From assembly GCA_947456185.1 (NCBI GenBank), contig CANGPW010000004.1:1-61660 (forward strand): 61,660 nt of DNA. Reading direction: 5' to 3'. The stretch comes from Bacteroidota bacterium (GTDB lineage: Bacteria > Bacteroidota > Bacteroidia > UKL13-3). Every line of letters starts with the position of its first letter. Within the stretch, counting starts at the first letter, position 1. Below are positions 1-10,133 of the stretch, in pieces. Under the pieces are notes generated by a model. It had not been told where the DNA came from, searched no databases, and saw only the letters and a program-made list of their open reading frames with translations. The position numbers and the translations under genes were made by a program.

Positions 1-976
1 CATTGCTACTGCCAATAATTTAGATGCTATTCAACCTGCTTTATTAGATAGGATGGAAATTATAGAAATTAACGGTTATACTTTGGAAGATAAAATAGAA
101 ATTGCTAAAAAATATTTGATTCCAAAGCAAGAAAAGAACCATGGTTTGAAGTTAAATAGTTTTGAATTAGGCAATGAAGTTTTAGAGAAAATAATTGACG
201 GATATACCCGTGAGAGTGGTGTTCGTGGATTAGAAAAACAAATTGCTTCCGTAGCTCGTCACGTGGCGATGCAAAAGGTAATGTTCAAGAAAAATTTAAA
301 GAAAATTGATTTGGACTATTTACCAACTATTTTAGGAGTGGAGCGTGGTGAAAAAGAAATGTATCAAGGAAATGATGTGGCTGGTGTAGTTACAGGTTTG
401 GCTTGGACAAGTGTAGGTGGGGAAATATTATTTATAGAAAGTAGCTTAACGCAAGGAACTGGTAAATTACAATTGACTGGTCAGTTAGGCGATGTGATGA
501 AAGAATCGGCTATTACAGCACTTACGTTTTTAAAATCACATTGCGATTATTTAGGTATAAATCCAAAAGTATTTAACCAATTTGATGTGCATATCCATGT
601 GCCTGCAGGTGCCGTTCCAAAAGATGGTCCATCGGCTGGAGTTACCATGCTTACTTCATTGGCAAGCTTATTTACCCAAAGAAAAGTAAAACCTCAATTG
701 GCTATGACAGGCGAAATTACTTTACGCGGAAAAGTATTGCCAATTGGTGGCGTAAAAGAAAAAATATTGGCCGCTAAACGTGCTGGAATTACAACCATTT
801 TGTTATGTGAAACCAATAAAAAAGATGTAGAAGAAATTAGCAAAAACTACTTAAAAGATGTGAATTTTTATTATGTAAAAAACATGTTGGAGGTTATTGA
901 CTTTGCGCTATTAGACGAAAAAGTAGCTAACCCAGTTAACATGGAAATAGTGGAAATAAAACCTGCTGTTAAATAA
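1..976 (+). CDS. lon: ATP-dependent Lon protease, 3' part (gene starts before window)
   Basis: Frame is open from base 2 ([19 protein letters not shown]); catalytic Ser motif [18 protein letters not shown] and [10 protein letters not shown]. Confidence 0.97.
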   Translation, partial: IATANNLDAIQPALLDRMEIIEINGYTLEDKIEIAKKYLIPKQEKNHGLKLNSFELGNEVLEKIIDGYTRESGVRGLEKQIASVARHVAMQKVMFKKNLKKIDLDYLPTILGVERGEKEMYQGNDVAGVVTGLAWTSVGGEILFIESSLTQGTGKLQLTGQLGDVMKESAITALTFLKSHCDYLGINPKVFNQFDVHIHVPAGAVPKDGPSAGVTMLTSLASLFTQRKVKPQLAMTGEITLRGKVLPIGGVKEKILAAKRAGITTILLCETNKKDVEEISKNYLKDVNFYYVKNMLEVIDFALLDEKVANPVNMEIVEIKPAVK

Positions 977-991
977 AAAATAACGATAAAT

Positions 992-1034
992 AAAAAAGTT
1001 CCTCTTGAGAATGATTCAAGAGGAACTTTTTTTT
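992..1034 (+). terminator. Intrinsic terminator after lon (possibly bidirectional)
   Basis: AAAAAAGTTCCTCTTGA-7nt-TCAAGAGGAACTTTTTTTT. Confidence 0.85.
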
Positions 1035-1074
1035 GTATTGATTTTTAAAATTCAATGATATTAAATAATTATTC

Positions 1075-1106
1075 AAAAAAAAACTACAAATTGCTATGTG
1101 GTTTTT
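1075..1106 (-). terminator. Weak terminator-like hairpin after TPR gene
   Basis: AAAAACTACA...TGTGGTTTTT imperfect stem; A-run gives a U-tract on the minus strand. Confidence 0.45.
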
Positions 1107-1123
1107 GATAAAATATAATTAAA

Positions 1124-2758
1124 CTATTTCTTAAAACTTTTCAATACTTCAATTGCATTTTTATTTGTTGGATCGTATTCTAAAGCTTTTTTATACATTG
1201 CTTTGCATTCAATTTCCATGTCTTTTTGTAAAAAATAATAGCCTAAATAATCAAATGAAGTAGCTAAGTTTTTTGAAAGTGTAGCTTTTTGTTTATTAAA
1301 ACTAGCTGTATCAGCTAAAGTAAGTTCTATGTATTTTTCATATAAATCTTTTGCTACAGTAGTTGTTAATAAAGAATCTATTGAGGTATTTACATTAGCT
1401 CTTTGGAACCAAGCATCAGCATAATCAGGTTTTGCTGAGTTTATTTTTGAAAATGCAGTATCAGCTTTCAAATACATTTTAGCACTGTTATAATATTTAC
1501 CAATGGTATAATTATCTATCAAAGTTACTTTTCTGGCAGTATTCAAATACTCTTCATATGTTAAAGCTGCTTCAGCATATCTTTTTTGTTTAAAATATAT
1601 TTTAGCAATTTCAATTTTTATTTCAGTTTTAGTAGCATTAATTGACAAAGCTTTATTTAAATTTATCAAAGCTAAACTATCGTTTCCAGGTATTTTTGAT
1701 TGTAATTTACCAGTATATTCATAATCACTTTCAGTAATTTTATCAGCAGCTATTTTACTCATTAAAGTTTCCAATGCAGCAAGACCTTTTTTAAAACCTT
1801 CTTGATCGTTTTTTAAATTACTGGCTTCATAACAAGCATAGGCATATAATCTGTTTAAATAAATATTGTTAGTTTTATCCGATTTTTTCGCCTCTTCAAT
1901 ATTCACTAAGGCTTCTGCATATTCTTTAGCCCTGAATAAAATAATGGCAAAACGCATTTGGTTAGCAGAACTTACTTCCGAGTTTTTTAGGTAGTTTTTA
2001 TATGACTCTTTAGCTAAAGCAAATTTGCGTTGAACTGAATAAAATTCCGCTTGATTTTTAAATGCTGTAGCATAATTAGGATCTTTTGAAAATGCTGTAT
2101 CTAATGCTTCCTTAGCTACTTGCAAGTTTTTTACTCTTATCCAAATTAATGCAATTTTAGCAAAAGCTTTTGGTCTATTTGGATCTAAAACTGTGGCTCT
2201 ATTATAAAAAGTAGCCGCTTTACTTCCATCGGCCATTTCTAAATACACATCGCCAGCAGTGGTAAGTACATCATAGTCATCTTTGGTAATTTTATAAGCT
2301 TCTTCCATTAAAGCAGATGCCTGAGCCAATAACTTATTTTCACCAGCAATCATTCCACTAGCAATAGCCACTAAACCTTTGGCATTATTATAATCGCCAT
2401 ATTTGTCCTTGCATATTGCCAATGCTTTATCAAATTGAATTTGTGCTTCCGCTGTTTTTCCTTCTTCTAATAGCAATTCGCCTAAACCAGCATATAATTG
2501 AGGAGTTTTTGGTGCTGCCGCAATTCCTAAGTTGTAAATTATAAAAGCTGAATCAGCCTTAAATAAGTTATTATAAGCTTGTCCTAAATAATAGTAAGCC
2601 TCACCATAAGCAGGTTCTTTTTGAATTGATATAGTGAAAATATTTCTTGCACTTTCATATTTTTCAAAATCCAATGCTTTTAAACCATCGTTTAAAAGTT
2701 GCGCTTTTAAAGACACACTTACTATAAAAATTTGTAGTAATAAAACCAGTCGTTTCAT
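1124..2758 (-). CDS. Exported tetratricopeptide-repeat protein
   Basis: Start re-placed at MKRLVLLLQIFIVSVSLKA (signal peptide); many TPR-like helices (AYYYLGQAY, YKKALEYDPTN). Confidence 0.85.
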   Translation of the reverse strand: MKRLVLLLQIFIVSVSLKAQLLNDGLKALDFEKYESARNIFTISIQKEPAYGEAYYYLGQAYNNLFKADSAFIIYNLGIAAAPKTPQLYAGLGELLLEEGKTAEAQIQFDKALAICKDKYGDYNNAKGLVAIASGMIAGENKLLAQASALMEEAYKITKDDYDVLTTAGDVYLEMADGSKAATFYNRATVLDPNRPKAFAKIALIWIRVKNLQVAKEALDTAFSKDPNYATAFKNQAEFYSVQRKFALAKESYKNYLKNSEVSSANQMRFAIILFRAKEYAEALVNIEEAKKSDKTNNIYLNRLYAYACYEASNLKNDQEGFKKGLAALETLMSKIAADKITESDYEYTGKLQSKIPGNDSLALINLNKALSINATKTEIKIEIAKIYFKQKRYAEAALTYEEYLNTARKVTLIDNYTIGKYYNSAKMYLKADTAFSKINSAKPDYADAWFQRANVNTSIDSLLTTTVAKDLYEKYIELTLADTASFNKQKATLSKNLATSFDYLGYYFLQKDMEIECKAMYKKALEYDPTNKNAIEVLKSFKK

Positions 2759-2796
2759 GTTTGTTATTTTTGTTTGTAAAATTATATATTTTCTGG

Positions 2797-2811
2797 GCAA
2801 TAAATATGCCA
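2797..2811 (-). promoter_or_regulatory. Sigma54-type -24/-12 promoter candidate for TPR gene
   Basis: Minus strand TGGCATATTTATTGC = GG-N10-GC, about 40 nt upstream of the ATG. Confidence 0.6.
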
Positions 2812-2873
2812 CAAGGCACTGTATAGTTAAATAAAAGTGAATAGTAACTAAAATTTAACATTCAATTGTTATT

Positions 2874-3878
2874 TTATATTTTTAAACCTAACCATTCTTT
2901 AGCTGTTTTGTATAAAACTTGTTCTTTCTGTTCCGTGGTTAGTTCCTTCATTTCTTCTATAAATTTTCCATGTTCTAAATCGCCAAGCGGAAACGGAAAA
3001 TCGCTGCCCAATGCAATTTTATTTACACCAAACATTTTTATCAAAAACCTAAAAGTTTCATCATCGTGCACCAAACTATCAATGTAAAACTTATCGATAT
3101 AAGTTTTTGGATCACTAATTTTATTTACGTTACATAAATCAGGGCGCGCATGAAAAGCATGACTAATTCGTCCTAATGTTTGTGGAAAGCAACCACCACC
3201 ATGCGCAAATAAGACACGTAATTTTGGAAATTTATCAAAAATTCCACCAAAAATTAAGCTACAAATGGCCAAACTTGTTTCGGCTGGCATACCTATTAGC
3301 CAAGGTAAAAAATAGTTAGGCATTTTTTCCTGACCCATCATATCCCAGGGATGAATAAAAATTGGCATATCAGCTTTTTCGGCTGCAGCAAAAAAAGGAT
3401 GATAATATTCATCATCTAAATTTCGGTGTTCTATATGTGTTCCAATTTCTACACCTGCTAAATTCAATTCGTATTTGCAACGCATTAATTCTTCAATGGC
3501 CAAGTTCACATCTTGCATGGGCAAAGTGGCCAAGCCTAATAAACGTGTTGGATTTTCTTCCTGAATTTTTGCTAGATAATTGTTATAATATTTTGCCCAA
3601 TCGAGGGTATGTTCTGGCTTTGCCCAATAATAAAATAAAACCGGAATTGGCGAAAGTGCCATGATGTCAATGCCATGTTCATCCATGTGGGCTATGATGC
3701 GTTTTGGATCCCAACACAAATCGTCAATGGTTCTAAAAAAAGTGCCATCCGCTTTCATCATATTTGCCTGTCCTAGCTGAAAATGATCGAGGTAAATAAA
3801 CTCATCGCCATAACCATATTTATCTTTTAGGTTTGGCATAAATTCAGGTAAAATATGTGCGTGAACGTCTATTTTCAT
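2874..3878 (-). CDS. Amidohydrolase_2 family, ACMSD-like (aminocarboxymuconate-semialdehyde decarboxylase)
   Basis: Start at MKIDVHAH (HxH); FIHPWDM, WLIGMPAET, AHGGG and LGSDFPFPLG closely follow ACMSD motifs. Confidence 0.8.
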   Translation of the reverse strand: MKIDVHAHILPEFMPNLKDKYGYGDEFIYLDHFQLGQANMMKADGTFFRTIDDLCWDPKRIIAHMDEHGIDIMALSPIPVLFYYWAKPEHTLDWAKYYNNYLAKIQEENPTRLLGLATLPMQDVNLAIEELMRCKYELNLAGVEIGTHIEHRNLDDEYYHPFFAAAEKADMPIFIHPWDMMGQEKMPNYFLPWLIGMPAETSLAICSLIFGGIFDKFPKLRVLFAHGGGCFPQTLGRISHAFHARPDLCNVNKISDPKTYIDKFYIDSLVHDDETFRFLIKMFGVNKIALGSDFPFPLGDLEHGKFIEEMKELTTEQKEQVLYKTAKEWLGLKI

Positions 3879-3904
3879 TGGTTTTTTTGAATGTTTCAAT
3901 TATC

Positions 3905-4268
3905 TTTTACCTGTATGACGCCTTTCGAGCGCAATGGCCTTTTAATCGTCTGACAGGGTAGTTCAATCGATAAATTCCCGCAATAATAAGTTTATATCAG
4001 TAAATATTTGAATGATTTTTAGCTTTTTAAAAAGCAACTGGCTTCTGGCGGCTTACGTTTGGCTGTTCATCTCTCAAAAAGTAGTTATGAAATTTTTGAA
4101 ATTCAATTTCTAGACATAATTATTTTTCCATTTTTCTTCATACTTTTTTCATTTCTACTTCGATTACGCCCAGTATCAATTACAAAGTATGAAAAAGCTA
4201 GATAAAATAAGCTATCTCCCCGCCAGGCATGAAGCACGGCCGACATTTTTGTTGGGCCAACCCTCGAC
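3905..4268. other. GC-enriched non-coding spacer with hairpins; probable degenerate dispersed repeat or structured element
   Basis: No long ORF; stem TTCATACTTT(4137-46)/AAAGTATGAA(4184-93) encloses a REP-like unit; GC-rich blocks at 3911-3960, 4035-4066 and 4217-4268. Confidence 0.4.
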
Positions 4269-4368
4269 TAATTTTAAAATTTACAAAAAATGTATACTTA
4301 AGTTTTTCTATTAATAACTATTTCAAACTTATTTTCAAATAAATGTTATTGTGTAATATTTATTTATA

Positions 4369-5919
4369 CTACAAAGCCAAAGTCTCTGTATTTCTATTTA
4401 TCAAGCAAATACCATCCATTTCCATAGGTTGTTCTATGCCAATTAATGCTAAAATGGTTGGTGCTAAATCGGCTAATTTCCCATTGTTTAAATGATGCGT
4501 GTGTTCTGGTTCTACCAATATACAAGGCACTTCGTTGGTGGTATGCGCAGTATTGGCAGAGCCATCATCGTTCAGCATAAATTCACCATTGCCATGGTCG
4601 GCAGTAATTAAAAACGAGTAGCCATTTTTTAAACCTTCAGGAACGATGCGTCCCAAACATTCATCTACTTTTTCTACTGCTTTTATTTCAGCACTAATTA
4701 CACCTGTATGTCCAACCATATCGGGGTTTGCAAAATTCACCACCATGAAATCAGCTTCATTATTGGCAATTTCGTCCAATGTAAATTGGCAAACACCCTC
4801 GGCATTCATTTCAGGTTTAAAATCGTAGGTAGGAACATCCTTTGGCGATGGCGCCATGTGGCGTGTTTCACCAGTAAATTCCTTTTCTTGTCCGCCACTA
4901 AAAAAGAAAGTTACATGCGGATATTTTTCTGTTTCGGCTATGCGCACTTGCTTTTTATTATGAGTTTCCAACAATTCGCCTAAAGTATTATTCAACTCAA
5001 TATCGACAAACATGACTTCTACATCTTTAAAATTTTTATCGTAAGCAGTAAGGGTAATGTATTTTAATGGCAATTTCTTCATTTGCTGTTCAGCAAAATC
5101 TTCTTGCGTTAAAACCTGCGTAATTTCACGGCCTCTGTCTGTTCTAAAGTTAAAACAAATTACCACATCATTAGGGTTCAAGGTGGCTAATGCATTATTA
5201 TTTTCATCTACACAAACCAATGGTTTTAAAAATTCATCGGTTTCACCAACATCATATTTTTGCTGAATAGAGGCTAAAATACCGTTGGTTTTTTCGCCAG
5301 TTCCATTTACCAATAAATCGTAAGCTAGTTTTACCCTATCCCAACGTTTATCACGGTCCATAGCATAATAACGCCCAATTACACTTGCTAATTTACCATC
5401 AGTTTTTTGTAAATGATCAAGTGTGTCTTTTAAATATTTTATACCATTATTTGGGTCTGTATCACGACCATCAGTAAAGGCATGAAGGTAAAAATTATTG
5501 AAGTTGTTTTCTTTAAAAATATTACATAATCCATTTAAATGATTCAAACTGCTATGTACGCCACCATCGCTTAATAAACCCATTAAATGAATTTTTTTGT
5601 TATTAGTTTTGGCGTATTCAATGGCATTTTTCAGCACAGCAATTTCAGCTACTTTATTTTCACGAAACAATTTATCAATTAAAATCAATTGCTGATAAAC
5701 CACTCTGCCCGCACCAATATTCATGTGGCCAACTTCGCTGTTACCCATTTGCCCGCTGGGCAATCCAACCCATTCGCCACAGGTATGTAACAAGCAATGC
5801 GGATTGTTTTTTATTAAATGATCAAAATTAGGAGTATTGGCTAATTCAATGGCATTTCCAGGGTATTTGGTTCCTTGTCCCCAACCATCCAATATCAAAA
5901 GTATTACACGTTTGTTCAT
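4369..5919 (-). CDS. gpmI: 2,3-bisphosphoglycerate-independent phosphoglycerate mutase
   Basis: LILDGWG, GQMGNSEVGH, HAFTDGRD, AETEKYPHVT, NPDMVGHTG, TADHGN; start re-placed at MNKRV. Confidence 0.97.
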   Translation of the reverse strand: MNKRVILLILDGWGQGTKYPGNAIELANTPNFDHLIKNNPHCLLHTCGEWVGLPSGQMGNSEVGHMNIGAGRVVYQQLILIDKLFRENKVAEIAVLKNAIEYAKTNNKKIHLMGLLSDGGVHSSLNHLNGLCNIFKENNFNNFYLHAFTDGRDTDPNNGIKYLKDTLDHLQKTDGKLASVIGRYYAMDRDKRWDRVKLAYDLLVNGTGEKTNGILASIQQKYDVGETDEFLKPLVCVDENNNALATLNPNDVVICFNFRTDRGREITQVLTQEDFAEQQMKKLPLKYITLTAYDKNFKDVEVMFVDIELNNTLGELLETHNKKQVRIAETEKYPHVTFFFSGGQEKEFTGETRHMAPSPKDVPTYDFKPEMNAEGVCQFTLDEIANNEADFMVVNFANPDMVGHTGVISAEIKAVEKVDECLGRIVPEGLKNGYSFLITADHGNGEFMLNDDGSANTAHTTNEVPCILVEPEHTHHLNNGKLADLAPTILALIGIEQPMEMDGICLINRNTETLAL

Positions 5920-5976
5920 GCTGCAATTAATCATAATTTTAGTTATTGAACAAGAATATATGTTACATATTTATTT

Positions 5977-6048
5977 GATTGTTGAATTGTTAGATTGTTG
6001 AATTGATGAATTGATGAATTGATGAATTGATGAATTGATGAATTGATG
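5977..6048. repeat. 8-mer tandem repeat (AATTGATG x6 perfect plus 3 degenerate units)
   Basis: Read directly; no spacers between units. Confidence 0.95.
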
Positions 6049-6111
6049 AAAAAATAATAAATATACTTATTGCAAAAAAACTTTAACTTTATCTTTTTGG
6101 TAATTTTCAGG

Positions 6112-6148
6112 AAAAAAAAAGAGGAAAAAGCCAAAGCAATTTCCTCTT
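6112..6148 (-). terminator. Intrinsic terminator after M43 protease gene
   Basis: AAGAGGAAA...TTTCCTCTT stem with a 9-A run (U-tract on minus strand). Confidence 0.65.
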
Positions 6149-6165
6149 ATTGTTTATACTATTTT

Positions 6166-6193
6166 TTGTCAATTTCTTATTGCCAATTGCCAA
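6166..6193. repeat. 7-mer array (TTGCCAA-type x4) abutting the M43 stop codon
   Basis: ttgtcaa tttctta ttgccaa ttgccaa then tta (stop). Confidence 0.7.
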
Positions 6194-8041
6194 TTAATTC
6201 ACCATCCACTTGCTGGTAAATGTTTGTTCGTTTTGTTGTAATTTAATAACATAAATTCCTTTTGCAAATTCAGCTGAATTTAATTCAATATTATGTTCAC
6301 CGGTTGAATAGATATCGTTCGAAATATTTTTTACTAATTTACCCGTCATATCAAATAAATTTATGTTGATATTTGATTTAGAAACATTGGTAAATACTAA
6401 GTTTGAAATTCCATTAGTAGGATTTGGATTGATTGAAATATAAATTCCGTTATTTGCTTCATTTATTGCGTTAACAAACTCTCCAATTTGAATATTATCA
6501 ATATAAGTGTTATTTCCTCTGCGGGCTTGTAATTCAAAACGAACCCTGAAATTATTATATGTTTTATAATCGGTAAGATCTAAACTTAATTGTTTCCATT
6601 GATTACTTGTTGGAATAAAAGCTGAATCACTTTTTGCAGGAGCAGTTTCGATATCTGCAATTGTAAAAACTTTTGCCAAAACTTCTGTTCTTCCATAACT
6701 ATTAGAAACAAACATATTTATTTGGTCACTTGAACCACTTACCCTTTTAGCGTGTGCAATTTGAAAAGTTAAAGTTGGTTTGGTTAAATTAGTAATATCA
6801 ATATTACTTGTATGGAATTCATCACGAGTGTTCAAAATACTGTTGGCTCCATTATCGTAAGCATTAAAACGCATGCTTGTATTGTCTTTATAACCAACTT
6901 GGTTATTGGCTTTCCAACCATTGATAGGATTCATGAAATTTTCAATCTCAAAACGATTAACTTGTTCGTTAAAATCTATCAAAACTGGCGCTTTAATTAC
7001 TGCAGAAGTCAAAGGCTTATAAGTTCCATCAGCATTGATACCAGCTGCACTTAAATTAGCAGTTGAATATATATTGGCTCTATATGTGTTCATTAAACTT
7101 TTCATTCTTACAGATTGTCCAGCGGTATACATATCCATGCAAGTTCCATCAGCATAATCCATATAATTTTTAATATTATCAGCTAAATCTGGAACATCAT
7201 TTGAGCAAGAATTTTGAGAAGTAGGACACCCACTTGTAGAAACAGCCACTGGAGGAGTATCACAAACTTGATCACCTTGAGATGAACAATTACTTGAGGT
7301 TCCACCTACACATCCACCTTGAAAAGGATGATATAAACCACACCAATGGCCTGATTCATGGGTTACAGTTCTACCAGCTTGACCAGTTTGACCCAATCCA
7401 ATATTTCCAACTTGATCAGCTCTTACAATAATTCCATCAGTGGTAGGTCTTGAATTACGAGAATTAGGAAATTGTGCATATCCAAGTATAATAGAACCAG
7501 CAGGAGCGCTTGAGCTATTAATTATATTTACTACCCAAATATTAAAATATTTGTTACTATCCCAATAACTTAATTTTTTGGTGTTATCAGTTCCATCAAT
7601 TGTTTCAGTTGCATTATAGATTCTATTGACTCCATCAGTTGGATTTCCACTTGGGTCAATTTGAGCTAATCTGAATTCTATTTCGGCATCTACCGATTTG
7701 GTATCAGTGCTTGAACCACCATTAGTTCCAACTTTTTTTCTGAAATCTTCATTCATTACACGAATACAATCATTGATTTGAGCTTGAGTGATATTCTCTG
7801 ACGAATTTTTATGAATTATGTGAAAAACTACTGGAATATAAATTACTGTTCCTGCTTTAGCTAAACTAAATTTACTAGCATAATCACGGGCAATTTGATT
7901 ACCACGTTCTTCTTCTATTTTTAAAAGTGGATTTTCACGAACAGCCTTAACATACAATTCATCGGTAAAACATGGTATTACAGATTGGGCAAAACTTTGA
8001 AGTGAAAACAATAAAACTAATAAACTACAAACTTTCTTCAT
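6194..8041 (-). CDS. M43 (pappalysin/ulilysin-like) zinc metalloprotease with T9SS type-A CTD
   Basis: Signal peptide; IPVVFHII; HESGHWCGLYH zinc motif; CDTP; NYMDY Met-turn; CTD INPNP...GIYVIKL. Confidence 0.92.
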   Translation of the reverse strand: MKKVCSLLVLLFSLQSFAQSVIPCFTDELYVKAVRENPLLKIEEERGNQIARDYASKFSLAKAGTVIYIPVVFHIIHKNSSENITQAQINDCIRVMNEDFRKKVGTNGGSSTDTKSVDAEIEFRLAQIDPSGNPTDGVNRIYNATETIDGTDNTKKLSYWDSNKYFNIWVVNIINSSSAPAGSIILGYAQFPNSRNSRPTTDGIIVRADQVGNIGLGQTGQAGRTVTHESGHWCGLYHPFQGGCVGGTSSNCSSQGDQVCDTPPVAVSTSGCPTSQNSCSNDVPDLADNIKNYMDYADGTCMDMYTAGQSVRMKSLMNTYRANIYSTANLSAAGINADGTYKPLTSAVIKAPVLIDFNEQVNRFEIENFMNPINGWKANNQVGYKDNTSMRFNAYDNGANSILNTRDEFHTSNIDITNLTKPTLTFQIAHAKRVSGSSDQINMFVSNSYGRTEVLAKVFTIADIETAPAKSDSAFIPTSNQWKQLSLDLTDYKTYNNFRVRFELQARRGNNTYIDNIQIGEFVNAINEANNGIYISINPNPTNGISNLVFTNVSKSNININLFDMTGKLVKNISNDIYSTGEHNIELNSAEFAKGIYVIKLQQNEQTFTSKWMVN

Positions 8042-8131
8042 TTAAAAAATATTTAAGTTTACAAATAAAGTCCATTTTCGGAAAAATGTAAATAAACGTT
8101 TGTATGACTTATGTAAAATAAATTAGGTTTT

Positions 8132-8195
8132 TAAGTGTTGGAGAGTTTATGTGTTGGAGGGTTTAAGTTTTAAAGTGATGGAATGTTGATGTATT
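8132..8195. repeat. Degenerate 8-mer array with 16-mer higher order
   Basis: taagtgtt ggagagtt tatgtgtt ggagggtt taagtttt aaagtgat ggaatgtt. Confidence 0.65.
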
Positions 8196-8220
8196 TAGCA
8201 AATAGTAAGATGTTTCAAAT

Positions 8221-9300
8221 TTACTTGTAAATTTTATTCATTAAAAAATAATCAACCAAAACAATGGCAGCCATGGCCTCTACAATTGGAACTGCTCTTG
8301 GAACTACGCAAGGATCGTGGCGACCTTCCGCTTTAAATTCAATGTTTTCGAGAGAAGTATTTAACGTATTTTGATTTTGCTTGATGGTAGAAACTGGTTT
8401 GAAAGCAGCTTTAAAAACAATATCCATTCCATTGCTAATACCACCTTGAATGCCACCACTGTGGTTGGTTTGCGTTTCAATTTGTTGGTTGTTGTTTATT
8501 TCAAAAACATCATTATGTTCACTTCCTTTCATGGAAACACAATCAAAACCGCTACCAATTTCAAATCCTTTGCAAGCATTGATACTTAAAATAGCCTTTC
8601 CCAATTCTGCATGTAATTTATTAAAAACTGGCTCGCCAAAACCAACCGGAACACCTTTACAAACACAAGTAATAATTCCTCCAACTGAGTCACCTTCAGC
8701 TTTTACTTGTTCAATTAATGCAATCATTTTGTTGGCTGTTTCAGCATCTGGACAACGAACTATGTTATTTTCAATTTCAGAAAAATCAAAATTTTCAATG
8801 GCTTTTTCTAATTTAATAGAATGAATTTGTGAAACAAAAGCATTTATAAAAATTCCAATATTATTTAACACCATTTTAGCAACCGAACCGGCTAAAACCC
8901 TTGCCACTGTTTCGCGGGCCGATTGGCGTCCACCACCTCTATAATCTCTTATTCCGTATTTTTGTTCAAAGGTATAATCGGCATGGGAAGGACGAAATAC
9001 ATTTTTCAAATGTTCATAATCTGCCGGATTTTGGTTTTTGTTTTTAACAATTAATGTAATTGGTGCACCCGTTGTTTTTCCATCAAAAATTCCACTTAAT
9101 ACCTCAAAACTTTCGTCTTCATGTCGTTCAGAGGTAATTTTGGATTGTCCTGGCTTGCGCCTATTTAAATCAGTTTGTACCAAATCAAAATCAAACAAAA
9201 TATTGGGCATCATACCATCAATCACAACGCCTAAGGCATTGCCATGACTTTCGCCAAAAGTGCTTATTTTAAAAATATTTCCGAACGAATTTCCTGCCAT
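8221..9300 (-). CDS. aroC: Chorismate synthase
   Basis: TFGESHG, RPSHAD, GGGRQSARET, GGIQGGISNG, GRHDPCVVPRAVP. Confidence 0.98.
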   Translation of the reverse strand: MAGNSFGNIFKISTFGESHGNALGVVIDGMMPNILFDFDLVQTDLNRRKPGQSKITSERHEDESFEVLSGIFDGKTTGAPITLIVKNKNQNPADYEHLKNVFRPSHADYTFEQKYGIRDYRGGGRQSARETVARVLAGSVAKMVLNNIGIFINAFVSQIHSIKLEKAIENFDFSEIENNIVRCPDAETANKMIALIEQVKAEGDSVGGIITCVCKGVPVGFGEPVFNKLHAELGKAILSINACKGFEIGSGFDCVSMKGSEHNDVFEINNNQQIETQTNHSGGIQGGISNGMDIVFKAAFKPVSTIKQNQNTLNTSLENIEFKAEGRHDPCVVPRAVPIVEAMAAIVLVDYFLMNKIYK

Positions 9301-9332
9301 AATAATTGAGCAATAATAAAGATTTATTGCAT

Positions 9333-9366
9333 AAAAAAAGCGACTGTTTACACAATCGCTTTTTTT
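9333..9366 (-). terminator. Intrinsic terminator after lipoprotein gene
   Basis: AAAAAAAGCGACTGT-TTAC-ACAATCGCTTTTTTT. Confidence 0.8.
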
Positions 9367-9383
9367 ATAAATATATAATTAGC

Positions 9384-9959
9384 CTATTTATTTTCGTCTA
9401 ATTTTTTCATTTCTTGATTGTAAATTTGCTCAAACTTCATTTTATCGTAGTCAACTGCAACTTTAGCTTTGTCAGAAAGCTTGTTTTCCATAGCTACTTT
9501 CAATGCGTCTTTGTTCATTTCTACTGCTACGTATGAAGTATAAGAGCCATCTTTTTCTTTCACTGTTTTTTCGCAAAGAATTTTCACATCATTTAATTGT
9601 TGGCTAATAATTTCACGGGTTAAATTGTTAAATTTACCTTTCATTTCTAAACCAGCATTTGTTTGATATTCATCTACGTATCTATCAGTTACAGAAGTAA
9701 TTTTAGTTTGAATTAAACCTGCTAATCTTTGCTTTGCAACAACTAATGCTTTTTCTCTTGAAAGAGATAAGTCAGAGCTTTTTTGAGATTGAGTAGATCT
9801 AAATGCTTGTTCAGTTGATGTTCTAAATTCATCGCAAGGTAAGTTTAAAACTTCCATACCTGAATCTTTGTCTTTAGTAGTTAAAGTTCCTTTTTTCGAT
9901 TTACATGATACTGCTGCTATTACTAAGAAAGCTGCAAATACATAAACTAATTTTTTCAT
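9384..9959 (-). CDS. Lipoprotein (LPP20-like)
   Basis: MKKLVYVFAAFLVIAAVS-C lipobox; helical segment KALVVAKQRLAGLIQTKI; C-terminal YTSYVAVEM. Confidence 0.7.
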   Translation of the reverse strand: MKKLVYVFAAFLVIAAVSCKSKKGTLTTKDKDSGMEVLNLPCDEFRTSTEQAFRSTQSQKSSDLSLSREKALVVAKQRLAGLIQTKITSVTDRYVDEYQTNAGLEMKGKFNNLTREIISQQLNDVKILCEKTVKEKDGSYTSYVAVEMNKDALKVAMENKLSDKAKVAVDYDKMKFEQIYNQEMKKLDENK

Positions 9960-10042
9960 GATTTTTTTTATTTTAGTGTGCAATTAATAAAACTTATTAC
10001 GAATAAAAAAGGTTTTTATAATTATTCGATAAATTCCACTTT

Positions 10043-10058
10043 TCAATATTTGTGCCAA
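10043..10058 (-). promoter_or_regulatory. Sigma54-like promoter candidate (GG-N10-GA variant)
   Basis: Minus strand TTGGCACAAATATTGA. Confidence 0.4.
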
Positions 10059-10133
10059 AAGTAAATTTTAACAATTTCAAGATTTCCAATTATGAAAAAT
10101 GTATTTACTTTTGAAGAAAAAAATAATTCCAAA

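Noticed and set aside
3905-4268. tRNA or known riboswitch in the GC-rich spacer
   Set aside because: No cloverleaf, T-loop or recognisable aptamer consensus by eye; kept only as an unknown element
6001-6048. Possible CRISPR array
   Set aside because: 8-nt units with no spacers and no cas genes
5943-6134. 63-aa ORF with INSSIHQF repeats
   Set aside because: Translation of the octamer array and terminator; no coding features
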